A DNA stretch of 64,000 nt from the human T2T-CHM13v2.0 reference genome, Homo sapiens, in the NCBI RefSeq assembly GCF_009914755.1, contig NC_060925.1; one strand, 5' to 3'. The number at the start of each line of letters is the position of its first letter. The first letter of the stretch is position 1. The notes below the pieces were generated by a model. It did no database searches, was not told where the DNA came from, and was given only the letters and a program-made list of their open reading frames with translations. Shown in pieces: positions 1-16,256 of the stretch. The translations under genes were made by a program, and so were the position numbers.

Positions 1-591
1 GTTTGCTATGTAAAACAAATAAACATCTTCAAAGAGACTAAAATAACACCTCAGACAACTACGAAGGGAAAAATTAGAGTTGGGGTATTGGGGAGATGTT
101 AAAGTCAGCAAGTAGCTATTAATAAGAGTGGAAATGGGGAAGACTGCACAGTTGCTTAACAGACACCTCCACCCCCTTACTTTCTTAGGATCCTCCAGAC
201 AAACATTTCTTGTTCTTTTTTTGTGGCACTAGCTAAACTTCCCCTCCTCTTCTCCACCCACTGCCTCCTAGAGTCAAAAAGTGGGGGTGGAACATCGCTG
301 AGTATTGTAGGTCTGGGAGAGTGACCAGAGGTAGCTTTAGCATGTGGTGCCCAAAAGAGAGTCCATTATAACTGCTCACACTGAGTGAAGGGACATAGAG
401 GGGAAGAGGAAGCACAGGGCTGGGCAGGCAGAAATTTTGTGTCATTCTCCAAAGCGACGGAAAGTCCTTCATCATGAGGTTTTAAGAAAAAGGAACCTAC
501 TACCCCCATGCAATAGTACATTGTTTTCCCCTGGGAGTTTTACTTTATATCACCTTTATTGGGATTTAGGTTTACTTGAATCAGTTCCTTC

Positions 592-594
<3 letters not shown>

Positions 595-626
<32 letters not shown>
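595..626. repeat. (CA)n microsatellite in CD84 intron 1
   Basis: Pure CA run. Confidence 0.95.
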
Positions 627-631
<5 letters not shown>

Positions 632-2799
632 CTCAAAACAGACATGAGATCATAGCCATCCGTTTTAACATTGCTGCCCTCTATTAGCGTGTACTTGAAC
701 ACTGAGTATAACAAAGGAAACAAGAGTACCTAGTCAGTTCCACCTATATCAGCCCCCAGCTGATTGCTCATACCTCTTTCCAAGTTTCACATAGATGAGC
801 CCAGTGATCTCCAAACTTACAGGTCCATCCCTTTCCTAAGGTCCAAGACAAGAAAGGTTTGATTTAGGAATACTCCAGTAGCCTGAATGGCTTGGCACTG
901 ACCATCAGGCTCCTGTTGCGAAGGTGCTCTGGCTGCCTTGTTGGCCTCCATATTGATCTCCAGGACTGCTTCAAGCACTTGGAGCTGACAAGGTAGGCCT
1001 CCACTGCCTTCCACTGAAGGCCTGAGTTATCACAGGGGGAACAGCTTCCCACCCTCTGTTTGGAAGCTGGGTTTTTGATAAGCAGTTTTACCCATATGTA
1101 ATATATTTCCATTTCTATAACTGGATTTCTGCTTTTGAGCCCTTTTCTGAATGTCTGTGGTAGTCATCTGCTTAAATCTCATTCTAATACAGAGGCCTTG
1201 TCCTTATCTTGAAGACCCCTCAATGCAAGGACTTCAGATCAGTGGCAGGTTGTTTTGTCAGCATACTTCCACAGGTATGCTTCCTGTCTCTGAGCCCCAG
1301 GATGATGGTTGGGGTCCAGTTACCCATAGTGAGCCCACTCATTTCTTAGAATTTTAGGTCTCAACTGCTGAAATGCCCATGACCATGTTTAACATCCAAC
1401 AAGACATCAACATCATGCTGATATTGGACTTTTATTTGTTTAAAGAAACTAATTCAAATCACATTTGAATAATATTAAAGTGAACGGTATTTGAAATATG
1501 TCTGGAGATGGTTGTTTGCTTGGGTATTCTGCCTCACTGCCCTGCCTAAACTTCCGTTATTGGCAAGGACCTGCCAACAGCTCCTTCCTCCTCTGTGGGT
1601 GGGTATAGAGAAAGGCACAGATTCTATCCGAATAATCCTGTCTTGACAGAAATAAATAAATCATCACTCTTTACTGACATATTCCCAAACATTAATAGTA
1701 GGGAGAGTAATTTACTCCACTTCAGCATCAATGTGGGTGGAGGCAGCATGACTCAGAGGTGAAGTCTAAGGACTCTGAAGCTTAAATTCTACTTCTTTCA
1801 CTTTTTGGTTAAGTGGCCTTTGACTCTCTGTGTATCAATGCTTTCATCTGTATATGTGCACATAAACCGTATCTATCTCATAGTGTATTGTAAGGATTAA
1901 ACAAAATAATAACTGTAGGCTACTTAGAGTAATGCTGAATATGCAGTGATTGCTCCATAAATGGTTATTTATTACTATTATTGATGGGAGATAAGACAGG
2001 GAGTTGAAGAAATAGAAATAAGAATGGGGCAGAGAAAAGGAAGAATTAAGAGTATGAGACAGTATATGTAGAGGGGGTGGGCAAGGATTAAAACTGGTGG
2101 ACTCCTTCATCTCCTACCCTCAGAGTGGGAGTGTCTCCCAGGGTATGTGGAGAGACAGTCAGAGTCATGGTGTTTCCAAAGTCATGATCAGAAAGTTGGC
2201 ATCAGAGCATAAGACTGTGAATTTTGACTCAGAGAAAACTTTTCCAACATGGAACAGTCATAAGTTTGCACACTCAGACTTTCCTTATGTCGGTGATTTC
2301 TGAGGGGAAATGGGGATTTCTCCCTGCATCTCTCCACTGCTTCTCAGCCTCTTCAACTGCTCTGAATTCCAGGGAAATGTGTAAAGTGTAGACTCCTAAG
2401 CCCAATACTGAATGTAAGGGACTACCTCTACCAGGAACAGCAGCAGGAGGAATTCATGGTATATTTTTGTGCTCAGAAAAGGTTTGCAGAATAATCCTTA
2501 AGAGGCAAACAGATAATTCAGTAAAGGTGGACAGTATGTAAAAAGTACTCCTGGCTTCACTTTTATAAAAACAAGCTCCCATTCCCCTTTCATGGATCCT
2601 TGATGAAATGAATATCTCACTCCTAGTTTCCTTTTCCAGAACCCAGACAACCAACACCTAAGCTCAAACTCCCACCACCTTTTCTCCTGTTTATGTTCCT
2701 TGGACAATTCCCTGACAGAGGAGTCCTGCCCAGGATCTCTGTGTGGTAAAGCCATGGCTCTTCCTAATAATGAATGAAAAGCGAGTGTGAAAAATAGTA

Positions 2800-3370
2800 G
2801 CATTAGCTGATATCTGTTAAACACTTACTATATTCAGGTACCATGGCAAGTGTTGTACATGCATTATCATCATTTTGATTCTCAAAACAATTCTACTGTA
2901 TTAATACCTCCCCATTTTGAAGCTGAAACAAGAGTCAGAGGAGGAATGTAACTTCGTCTAGGTCACAAAACTTGTAAACAATTCACTACTAGCTGATTTG
3001 ACAACTTTATTTCAGTTTCAGTAGATGAAAGAAGTGTATCCTAGAGCTACCTTTTATCTTAGCAGGTATTAACCTTTTGAAGAGCATCAAAAATTTGAAA
3101 GCAATGAGTGAAGAGGTCAGGTGGAGCAGAAAGAAGAACCAATGGGATTGGGATTAACCTTGGAATTAGAAAAACCAATGTCTATTTCCAGCTCTACCAA
3201 TTTAGGTAGTGAAATTTCAGGTGAATTTTTAAACCCCTAAATCTTAATTTATTATTTTTCTTGCATAATGGGATTAATAACGTCTATCTTGCTCATCTCA
3301 ATGGTTTTCATATGGATGACATAAGAATGTAGGCATAAACATTGTAGAATGTTTTGCAAATTAAGTGGTA
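2800..3370. mobile_element. MIR SINE fragments
   Basis: Degenerate MIR core phrases (cccattttgaagctgaaaca...; gggattaataacgtctatcttg). Confidence 0.5.
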
Positions 3371-4493
3371 TCAAATGCTACCTTGTCTGGTCTCTCTCTG
3401 GAAGATTAGGGACATCCCTAGTACCATTCCTCATCTACTTGCATTTTCTGTCTGCCATTCTAGAGCGACCAGCAGAGGCTCCAAAAATTTGGTCTGACTA
3501 GTGGTTACAATCTCCATGAAGTTCAAATTAAAGGAGCCATAGCTTGAAATGGCCAAAGGAACCAGAGAGATCACGGTGCATTGATTCTACCTTTACAGAA
3601 AATCCAAACGTACTAGGTTCCCAGGGTTCTAACTCATGCCAGAATTCTGCTAGTGCATTTTCAGAACTGGCAAGAGATACTAGAAGTAGATCTAGAAGTT
3701 CCAAACATAGTAAATTTCTGTTAGAGCAATTGTTTGTATTTAAGGAGATAACATGTACAATGACACAGCACTCCCAGATCTATGTTAATGTTACAATTTT
3801 CTTTGTACAAATAACAATCAATATTCATGTCGTTCTTTTAGTTTACTGTTATGCCATAAGTAAGAAAAATAGGGTTTTTAATTCAAGTTCTCCAACTCTT
3901 TTTTGAGACTATTTGTAAAAAATGGGATAGTAATCTCTTCCTCATTTATTTTAGAGTTTGTTGAGGATAAAAGCAGAGTAATAGCTCTGTGTTTTGAAAA
4001 TAAAGGGAGTTTATAGAGATGAGGCTCAACAATGATAATGATGAGTCATCCATCACTCTAACCTGATAGAACAATCAACTATAATTAGGAAAGACATTTT
4101 TCTCTCTCAAACGCCATCACAATTGAATGCCAAGAAGAAATTGCTTGTAAGTCATTCAAGCTTTTAGAAGATCTTTCTTTTGCCAGGCTTTGTGGGTGGG
4201 TTTACCAAGTGCTGATTCCTCTGAGAAGGATTTGCCTCAGACCTTTGGAAACTGAGATCTCCAGATCTCAGAAATATAACTCAGTAATATAAACTTTAAA
4301 GCTGAACCTAAACACTTAGGTTTGAATTTTAAGTCTCTCCCCAGCCAGTTGGATCCTGTTGAGTACAGTAGATACTGAGACCCAGGGTGTTCTGCTAAAC
4401 ACAGATCAAAAAGACAGTTCAATGTCTTCCTTAAGGGCAATTTTTAAAACTTTATGGAAAACTAGGAGGCGATCAGCAAGGGTCAGAACTCAC

Positions 4494-4539
4494 AGGTTTG
4501 CAGGCAAAGGAGCAAGATCCATAGGTGGTGCTGAGCCAT
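4494..4539 (-). CDS. CD84: CD84 (SLAMF5) exon 1 coding part, signal peptide MAQHHLWILLLCLQT(W); intron 1 continues off the left edge
   Basis: Minus strand reads ATG GCT CAG CAC CAC CTA TGG ATC TTG CTC CTT TGC CTG CAA ACC T|GTGAGT. This matches the CD84 N-terminus, with a phase-1 GTGAGT donor at 4493-4488. Confidence 0.97.
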
Positions 4540-4650
4540 CTCTTTCAGGGTCTAACCTTCTGTGGAAAAGCACGGCACTGTTCTAGCAGAGTCAGTTTCA
4601 CTTGAGTTTTCTTCCTCCTTTTTATAACGACATTTAAGAAAGGAAGTGCA
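4540..4650 (-). promoter_or_regulatory. CD84: CD84 5'UTR and core promoter
   Basis: Directly upstream of the ATG. TATAAAA on minus at 4626-4620, PU.1-type GAGGAAG at 4617-4611, IRF-like AAGTGAAACT at 4603-4594, ETS AGGAAGTG on plus at 4641-4648. Confidence 0.7.
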
Positions 4651-4719
4651 TGTTAACTGATTTAGTTAACATTGGTCTTTGTATTACTGTGCTAGTTTTT
4701 TCCAATTTAAAGTGCCTAG

Positions 4720-5100
4720 CATTAATTATTTATTCAACACATATTTATTGTGTGCCTACTATGTGCCAGGCCCTCTTCTGGGTGCTGGCAATATACAGAG
4801 CAACAAAACAATTGATCACCCTCCTTTCATGGCATTTATACTCTTTTTTGGAGTAATCAACAACTCTATAAGCAGTTCCAATTTAATGTAATAAGCATTG
4901 CAATAGGAAAAATACAGGGAACTATGAGAGGAATAGGGGCATCTAACTCAGGCTAAGAAAAGTTGGAGTAGGCTTCCTAAAGAAACTGACAACCAACCTG
5001 AGACAGGCTCAAAGAATGAATTACCATTATTAGGTGAATGGCGATGGGGGATATGAAAGAGGAAAAATGTTTTGACATATGGTAGGAGCTTAAAAAAACA
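4720..5100 (+). mobile_element. L2 LINE fragment
   Basis: attcaacacatatttattgtgtgcctactatgtgccaggc is a typical L2 3'-end phrase. Strand convention uncertain. Confidence 0.55.
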
Positions 5101-5104
5101 TAGC

Positions 5105-5350
5105 AATTAAAATTACATAATTATAGTTATATAAAATGATCACAAGTACATGATTATGTATTATAATGTATAATCAACATGTGATATTATTTAACATAAT
5201 CAATATTAAGTATTATATTAATAATATATAATTATATTTATATATGATACAATAATATATAATTATATAATATATTAATATATAATATAGTATAACTACA
5301 TACATATAATTATGTATAATTCCATGATATCATCATGAAACATTATGATT
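5105..5350. repeat. AT-rich low-complexity tract
   Basis: Near-pure TA/TAA/TAT sequence. Confidence 0.85.
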
Positions 5351-5906
5351 ATGATCACACCTTATTAGGGACACAAAAAGTGTTTGATAAAAATGAAGTC
5401 AAAAGGGATTTTTAGACTATTGAATCTATTTTGCAGATGGAGAAACTGGCTCAGAAGGAGAGGAAGTGACTTTTCCCTATATCACACAGTGAATTAGGGA
5501 ACTGAGTTAAAAGCCAGCAGTGTCACTTGGCAAAGACTGTGACTCCTGGGCATGAGAGACAGCAGGTGCAGAGGCAGGCTTAGGTGGAGTTAAGCTAGAT
5601 GTAACAGGACTATTTCTTGTAGAGGGTCTTCATCTTGGTTAACAAGAATAAGAGTGATTGTGTAATGTGTGTATGGGAGATGTTGTCTGGGAATGGGGAT
5701 AGAAATGAATATTTAAGTTTGACTCAGCTGTTTTGGGGAGTAATGAGAAGGCTGGGGACACTACCCCTGAGACCTGGAGGAGCTTTTTTTTAACTGAGAC
5801 GAGTCCTCATGCTAGCTAGCTCATTCCTAGGTAACCTGGCCTCTAGAGTCACACATTAAATAATCCTGCTGATCATTTCCCATATATACTTACATAATAC
5901 TGAATA

Positions 5907-7335
5907 TAGTTGACCCTTGAACAATGCAGGGGTTTGGAGTGCTGTCCCCTCAACCAGTCGAAAATCCATGCATAACTTTTGACACCCCTAAACTCAACTA
6001 CTAATAGCCTACTGTTGACAGGAAGCCTTACCAACAACACAGTTGATTAACACATATTCTATGTGTCATATACATTGTTTACCATATTCTTGCAGGAAAG
6101 TAAGCTAGAGAAAATAAAATGGTATTAAGAAAATCATGATGAAGACAAAATATATTTACTGTTCATTAAGTGGAATTAGATCATCATAAAGGTCTTTATC
6201 CTCATCATCTTCATGTTAAGTAGGCTAAGGAGGAGGAGGATAAGGAGGAGTTGGTCTTGCTGTCTCAGGGGTCCCTGGGGAAGAAGAGATAGAGGAGGTT
6301 GAAGGGAAGGTGGAAGAGACAGGCGCAGTCGGTGTAACTTTTCAGAAGTATATTTAATTTTTGTCTGACTTTTTTGCTTGTTCATTTCTCTAAAAATGTT
6401 TCTATATGGTACCCCTTCTTACTTCTACCATTTGTTTTAGTTTTAGTGCCTGTATCATACCATAGATGGGCCCATATCATAAAAGAAGTCAAAAGCGGTC
6501 CCGAATAGTCAGAAGCCTTCTGTCAGACTGTCTAATGTCAGCTTGTTTTCTGGCACTGCTGCTTCTATGTTTTCTTCCGCATTGTTTGATCCTGGCTTAG
6601 ATGCATTCTTCTCCATCAAGTCATCTTCCATTAATTCCTCTGGTGTGGTGTCTATTAGCTCTTGAATTTTGCCAAGATTTATTTCTTGAAACCTTTTACC
6701 CCAACTTTTTTTTTTGCCATATCCACAATATCTTTCATAATTTCCTTGATTAGCTCTGTCATAAATCCTGTGAAGTCACGCACAACATTTGGACACAGTT
6801 TTCTCAAGCAGAGTTTATTGTCTCAGGCTTAATGGCTTTCACCACTTTTTCTGCAACAATGATAGCATCTTTAATGGTGTAATCTTTCTAGACTTTCATG
6901 ATGACCCTCTCCTGGGGTTGTCTTCCTAGGCATTGACAATTCTTTCCATAGAGTACGTATATAATGAGCCTTAAAGGTCCTTATGACCCCCTGTTCTAGA
7001 GGCTGAATTAGAAACATGTCTGGGGAGAAGTATACCATTTCAGTGCCTTTGCTGTTGAACTCCTGGGGCTCTGGGTGGCCAGGGGCACTGTCCAATATCA
7101 AAATAACTTTAAAACGCAGTCCCTTACTGGCAAGGTATTTCCTGACTTCAATGACAGGGTATTGATGAAACCAATGCAGGAAAAATGTTCTTGTTGTTCA
7201 GGCCTTCTTGTGGTACAATTAAAACACTGGCTGCTGGTGTTTATCTTTTCCCTTCAAGGCTCAAGGGTTAGCAGACTTATAGATAAGGGCAGTTGTGATC
7301 ATAAACTCAACTGCATTTGCACAAAACAGTAGAGT
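5907..7335 (-). mobile_element. Tigger2-type (pogo/TcMar) DNA transposon, 3' portion with decayed DDE transposase
   Basis: Terminal repeat (C)AGTTGACCCTTGAACAA at 5907. The minus ORF ILDSAPGHP...IQPLEQGVIRTFKAHY is a pogo DDE motif. Confidence 0.88.
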
Positions 7336-7471
7336 TATTGATTTCTCTCAGTTCCTGTATATTTTTGTTTATGGTGATATGTAATTTACTGGAGAGATGA
7401 ATTTCTTATGTGGAAATGGTATTACAAGATTTTTTTTAATACTGTGTATTTTATTTTACGTTTATGTAACT

Positions 7472-9800
<2,329 letters not shown>

Positions 9801-10580
9801 ATTACACAATTCTGACTGAGAAATTAAAATTGGGCGAACTTATCACTCAATGAGTGCCAAAGTTGTTGCTCTCAGATCAGCTGAAGGCAAGAGCAAAGCT
9901 TTCAATGGAAATTTTAAAGAAGCAGGATGATCCCACTTTGAAAATGCTTTGTAGAAGCATTTCTTCAAAGAATTATAACAGGAGATGTAACCTGGTTTTA
10001 TCAGTATAATCCTGAAGACAATGCACAATCAAAGGAATGGCCACCAAGAGGTGGAAGCTGTCCAGTCAAAGCGAAAGTGAACCAGTCAAGAGCAAAGGTC
10101 ATTGGAACAGTTTTTTGTGATGCTCAAGGCATTTTGTTTGTTGACTTTCTAAAGGACCAAAGAACAATAACATTTGCTTATTATGAAAGTATTTTGAGAA
10201 AGTTAGGCAAAGCTTTAGCAGAAAAATGCCCAGAAAAGCTTTGCTAGAGTCTTTCTCTACAACAAAGCTCCTGCTCATTTTTCAATAGGAAATCTTTAGG
10301 ATCAACTTTACTGTCCTGATTTGGCTCCTTCTGACTTCTTTTTGTTTCCTAATCTTTAAAAAATCTTTAAAGGACACCCATTTTTGTTCAGTTAATAATG
10401 TAAAAATACTACATTAACATAGTTAAGTATCCAGGACACTCAGTCCTTCAGGGATGTTCTAAATGGTTGGTATCATCACTTTCAAAAGTGTTTTGAACTT
10501 GATGGAGCTTCTATTGAGAAATAAAGTTTACATTTTTAGTTTTTCTTTTTAAATTTCATTTTTCATAAATGTTTGAAGTC
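9801..10580 (+). mobile_element. HSMAR2 mariner, 5'-truncated decayed transposase
   Basis: Recognisable mariner motifs: ITGDxTW..YNPED, tactgtcctgatttggctccttctgacttctttttgtttcct (YSPDLAPSDFFLFP) and CFELDGASIEK*. Ends in a degenerate terminal repeat. Confidence 0.88.
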
Positions 10581-11547
10581 TGAGATTGAAGAGATTGGTA
10601 TTTCTGGACAGAAATAAAAACCCAGAAAGGAACCAAATGAAAGTTCTAAATTGGTTCCAGCATTTAGGTTTGCAACAAGAAAACATATACTAGTTTTATT
10701 CTTGTTCTTTAACTTTTCCATCTGGAAACACTTAAGATTTTCCCTTTATCACAGAAATTCAAGATTTTACAAGGATGTGTCCTGGTGTGTTTGCATGGCA
10801 TATTTCTGGCTGGAATCAGTTGTATTTTCAGTCTGATGGTTCAAATCTTTCTTTATCAAAGGGAATTTTTCTTCTGTGTCTTTGATTATGGCTTCCTTTT
10901 TGGCCTTTCTACTTGCTCTTCCTAAAAGTCCTCCTAAATATTTAAAGCTATCCTCTATATTGCTGAATTAATATCTCCTGATTTTCTCTTTGTCTTCTTG
11001 CTTTACATACTGATAGAGTTCCTTATAGACACCCTATAGAATGTCTTCCAAACATGGGTTCTCAGCTATGTTTACAGTTTTCAGCTATTTGCTTGAGTTT
11101 TAAACTTTGGTAATACGCTTTCATTTCCAAGTCTTTTCATAGTCTTCAGTTGTACCTGATTCATAATTATCTTTAATTCCATGTTGAAAAATTCTCTATA
11201 CTAGATAAAGGGTAAATTAAAAAACAAAACATAAGAATAAAACTCTGGAAAACAACTATAACTGAAAGAAAAGAGAAGAAAGAAAGAATTATTAAAGCAA
11301 TAGGAGGAAAACAGGAGAGTTGATGTCATGAAAGCAAAACAACGAAGGGTTTGAATAAGAGAAATATGAAAACATTTTTAATTCTGCAAATAATTAAAAG
11401 GGAAATGAAAGAGTACATGCAATTTTTGTAGTGTCAAGCAAAGTTTAGGCTCTGAGCAAGCAATACAAAAAACCAAATAGCATAAAAAGACTCCAAAAAT
11501 GTTTGCCTCTGTGACCAAAGCTTTGAGCTTTACAATAAAACCATCAG

Positions 11548-11672
11548 GATGAATAAGCTAACTACTCTGATTTGATCACTATAAATTATATATATCAAGA
11601 CATCACTATGTAACTCATGAATATGTACAATTATTATTTGTCAATTTAAAAAATTAATTAAATCTTTAAAAA
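11548..11672 (+). mobile_element. L1MA-type 3' end fragment
   Basis: catcactatgtaactcatgaatatgtacaattattatttgtcaatt followed by an A-rich tail. Confidence 0.65.
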
Positions 11673-11823
11673 AGAAGATTACACACTCTCAAGTGTTGGA
11701 GTCACAAAACTTGAGTTTCAAATTCAGTTTTCCTACTTATTGAGTGGAATACTTGTATTAATATCAGGTGGTCAAGTTGAATACTTGTCTCAATATCAGG
11801 TGGTCAAGTTGAATAACCTGTGA

Positions 11824-12147
<324 letters not shown>

Positions 12148-12232
12148 TAATTGAATGGGAAAACAAATTTAAACTAACTAATACAGGAATCATCAAAATA
12201 CAGCCTTTCTGCTGCCTGTTTCTGAATGTAAA

Positions 12233-12613
<381 letters not shown>

Positions 12614-13424
12614 TGAGGAAAGTGAAGGGAGGAAACCACAGTTTAGATGAGAACCAATATAAAGTTATAAGATGGCACTGTGATGCAAGTAAATGAAGGC
12701 TTGGGAGAAAAGGGGAAGGATCACTGCCCCCACCCCTCAACTGTGCCACCCTGATCAGGTTTCTTAACTGTTCTAAGTCTTGTTTTCCTCATCCGTAAAA
12801 TAAGAATTGCCATATTAGCGTGTTAAGTTTGTTTTGAGTATTAAATGAGAATGTCTGAAAACACTTAGCAAAGTGCTTGGCACATTATAAGCTTTTAATA
12901 AATGTTCATTCTTAATAGTATTATCACTAATAGGGGTTAATTATAATACACCATTTGGACATTAATGATCTGGAAAACTATCCACCAGAGGGCAACAGAT
13001 TGTAAAAGACTGGGCACGGAACAATAAGACAGACAAAATTATGATTTATTGAGTACTAGGTTTGTTTCCAGGGCTATGTTCAACACTTCCATATGACAAA
13101 CAGTGAAAGAATTGGGATTCATTGGCCCGGAAAAGAGAAAACCTAGTGAGGGGGCTGTGATTAAGGCATCATGTGGATCAGTGTGATAATTACAGCCAGG
13201 TATTTGAAATGCTGGTGTTTGGTGTCAAGGGGTCTCCATGGACAGAACTAGTAAACCATAAATGTTGCTCCAGGAAAGTAGAGCATTTCAACCTACAGAT
13301 TTCCCCCTAACAATTGTCATCCCGGAATCAACAGTTAAAGCCAAGACTGGATGGACCTTTGACATATATGTTTTTGTGGGAATTTCTCATTGTGTAGTTG
13401 AATCTTGAATGTCCAAAAACAAAC

Positions 13425-13700
13425 ACGGTCTCGCTCTGTTGTTCAGGCTGGAGTGCACTGGCATGATCTCGGCTCACTGGAACCTCTGCCTCCTGATTCA
13501 GGCGATTCTCCTGCCTCAGCTTCCTGAGTAGCTGGGATTACAGATGTGCACCACCACATCCGGCTAATTTTTGCATTGTTAGTAGAGATGGGGTTTCGCC
13601 GTGTTGGCCAGGCTAGTCCTGAACTCCTGATCTCAGGTGATCTGCCCACCTCGGCCTCCTAAAGTGTTGGGATTACAGGCATGAGCCACTGCGCCCAGCC
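13425..13700 (-). mobile_element. AluS lacking its tail
   Basis: Alu dimer body. Confidence 0.93.
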
Positions 13701-14082
13701 AAAATGTTTTCATTCTTATGCAGTTTTCTCAACTACCTAGTGTATGGGGTCATGAACTTAGAGGTTATTTATCTAATGGATTGTGCTTTTCTAGTTGACT
13801 CAAAAACACGATCAGCAGCAGCATGTGAGTAACCTAACATGATAAATATCAGGACGGGAAGGGCTAAATTTTGTGACAATTTTGGTATTCTCAACATGCA
13901 AGCTGAATTGAAGGACCTAATTACTTTCTCTGTATCAGCATAAGGAAATCTATTTTGGGGTAATGTAAAACAAAGAAGCTTGGATTTAACTGTTGGTCAG
14001 AAAGACCATGAAATGTCAGCTAAGGCTTACTGGCATTTTCTCCAATTACTTAGGGAAAACAATGAAAAGAACAGCAAGTCCC

Positions 14083-14084
<2 letters not shown>

Positions 14085-14135
<51 letters not shown>

Positions 14136-14150
14136 TATGCGCACACACAT
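14085..14150. repeat. (CA)n microsatellite
   Basis: CA run. Confidence 0.95.
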
Positions 14151-14942
14151 TTCTTAGGTTATTTGCTCAGAGACAATTATTAGCATCTAATCCATATCTT
14201 CAAAGCATAGAGAAAGGTTCTGCTTTTAAATAAAAACATTTTTCCCTTCCTTCTTCCTTCTCTTGCTTCCTCTTTTTCATTCCTATTTTTTCAAAACTGA
14301 TTTGAAAAGAAGATAACCAAATTAATAAGACTCATGTTAGTTTAAAAAGACATTCTTAATAATTCCAGTAATCTTGTATAGAGAGATATAGCTGAAAAAC
14401 TAATACAACTATGTACCAGAATTATACTAGTTTTGTTATTCTATTTATGTTACTATTTATGCTTACAAAAAAGACAAATAAAGATCTAATAATATGGGAA
14501 TTAAGCAGAATAAGGAAGAGAAAAACTAACGTGTCTACCAGAAGGTTGCAACTGTGGCTTTGAATGAAAAGTCAATCTTCTGGTTAGTTGGACTCTATCC
14601 CTTTACCTCCATCCTGCATCATCAATTGCTGCCTCATTACTGGGCAACAACACAAACACACATAGATATATACTTTATAACCTAGTTGCAAAAATAATAT
14701 CTCCTGACCTCGCTTCTTCCACTATACACTGTCTCATTTTCTTTGCTCTTATTAAAAGCAAAACATATTAAAAAATAAATATATTGTCATCTCTCCACTT
14801 CCTTACTTCACTTTATTTTATTTTTAGCCTTCTCCAATACAGCTCCTGAGTCCACTAAGGCTCCTTCTGTCAAGTTTATCAGTGATCTCTATAGAACTCT
14901 ATTGGTCAGTTCTTTATTCTCCTCTTTCTAGAGTAAATATAA

Positions 14943-15239
<297 letters not shown>

Positions 15240-16035
15240 TAGAGTAAAGATATAATTTATTATCCAAACAAGGAGATGTTTGGGATAAAGAAGCACTAGA
15301 CTAATTGTTATTTGATTTTTTGAAATATTAATATACTGGGTGAAAAATATATTTTTATTAAATTGGTAAACTGGTAAAATAGTTTTATTAAAGACATTTT
15401 CATAAATAAAATTATTTCTAAAAATAAACAAAATATATTTATGTTTATTGAGGTAAGATCAAAATTTTATTTATTACTACTTATATATTAAACTATATTT
15501 ATATTATTGGTCATCTGCACATCAACAACAACATAATTAGAATAATTATTCCTGGTACATAGGCACACAGTTGCAGTTTTTTAGCCGTATCTGTCTCTCA
15601 TACAAAGTCACTGGATTATTTTTCTAAAAATGTACTTTTTAACTAACTTTGATCTTATTACTTTAATTATCTTATAAAATTACCTGTAAGCTTCTTCAAA
15701 TTTGCGTTTTGTGGTTATTTAATGGCAGCCACCATTCTGTGGTGAGCTAGATTTTCCACTTGCCTTGCAGAGCCCTTCACCCTCCTGCAGACTAAGTAGC
15801 TGGTGCCTGGTGTGTGAGGAAGCATGGTGGCTGGAGCCAAGGTCACAGTTGCAGAGGCAGTGGTGCAGCCTATAGCCAGGGCTTGGGGAGAGATAACTTT
15901 GCTGGACAAATGTATTGGTGCCTTAAATGGCTCTTCTTTATAGACTCAATATTTTAAATTGAGAAACTAATTTCTCTGTAAGTGCTGGGGTACTTGGTAA
16001 GCTCCGAGTAAATTCTGCTAAACGGAAGATATTCT

Positions 16036-16255
16036 GTATTTTAGTCTGTTTGGGCTGCTATAACAAAATACTATAAACCGAGTGGCTTGTAAACAACAAA
16101 CATTTACTTCTCACAGTTCTAGAGGTTGGGAAGTCCAAGATAGGGGTTGGCAGATTCAGTGCCTAGTGCAAGCCTATGTTCTCATAGAAGACACCTTCTC
16201 TCTGTGTCCTCACATGGTAGAGGAGAAGAGCTAGCTTTCTGGGGTCTCTTTTATC
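16036..16255 (-). mobile_element. MLT1A-like MaLR LTR, partial
   Basis: tgtattttagtctgtttgggctgctataacaaaatac...ctcacagttctagaggttgggaagtccaagat. Confidence 0.8.
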
Positions 16256-16256
16256 T

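Noticed and set aside
815-1400. Coding-looking minus-strand stretch in CD84 intron 1 with a GTAAGT donor near 820
   Set aside because: No convincing acceptor or recognisable homology. It may be an ancient LINE remnant; needs a Dfam/BLAST search.
15715-15950. GC-richer island within AT-rich DNA with a 64-aa ORF
   Set aside because: No recognisable homology or splice structure; probably an old repeat fragment.
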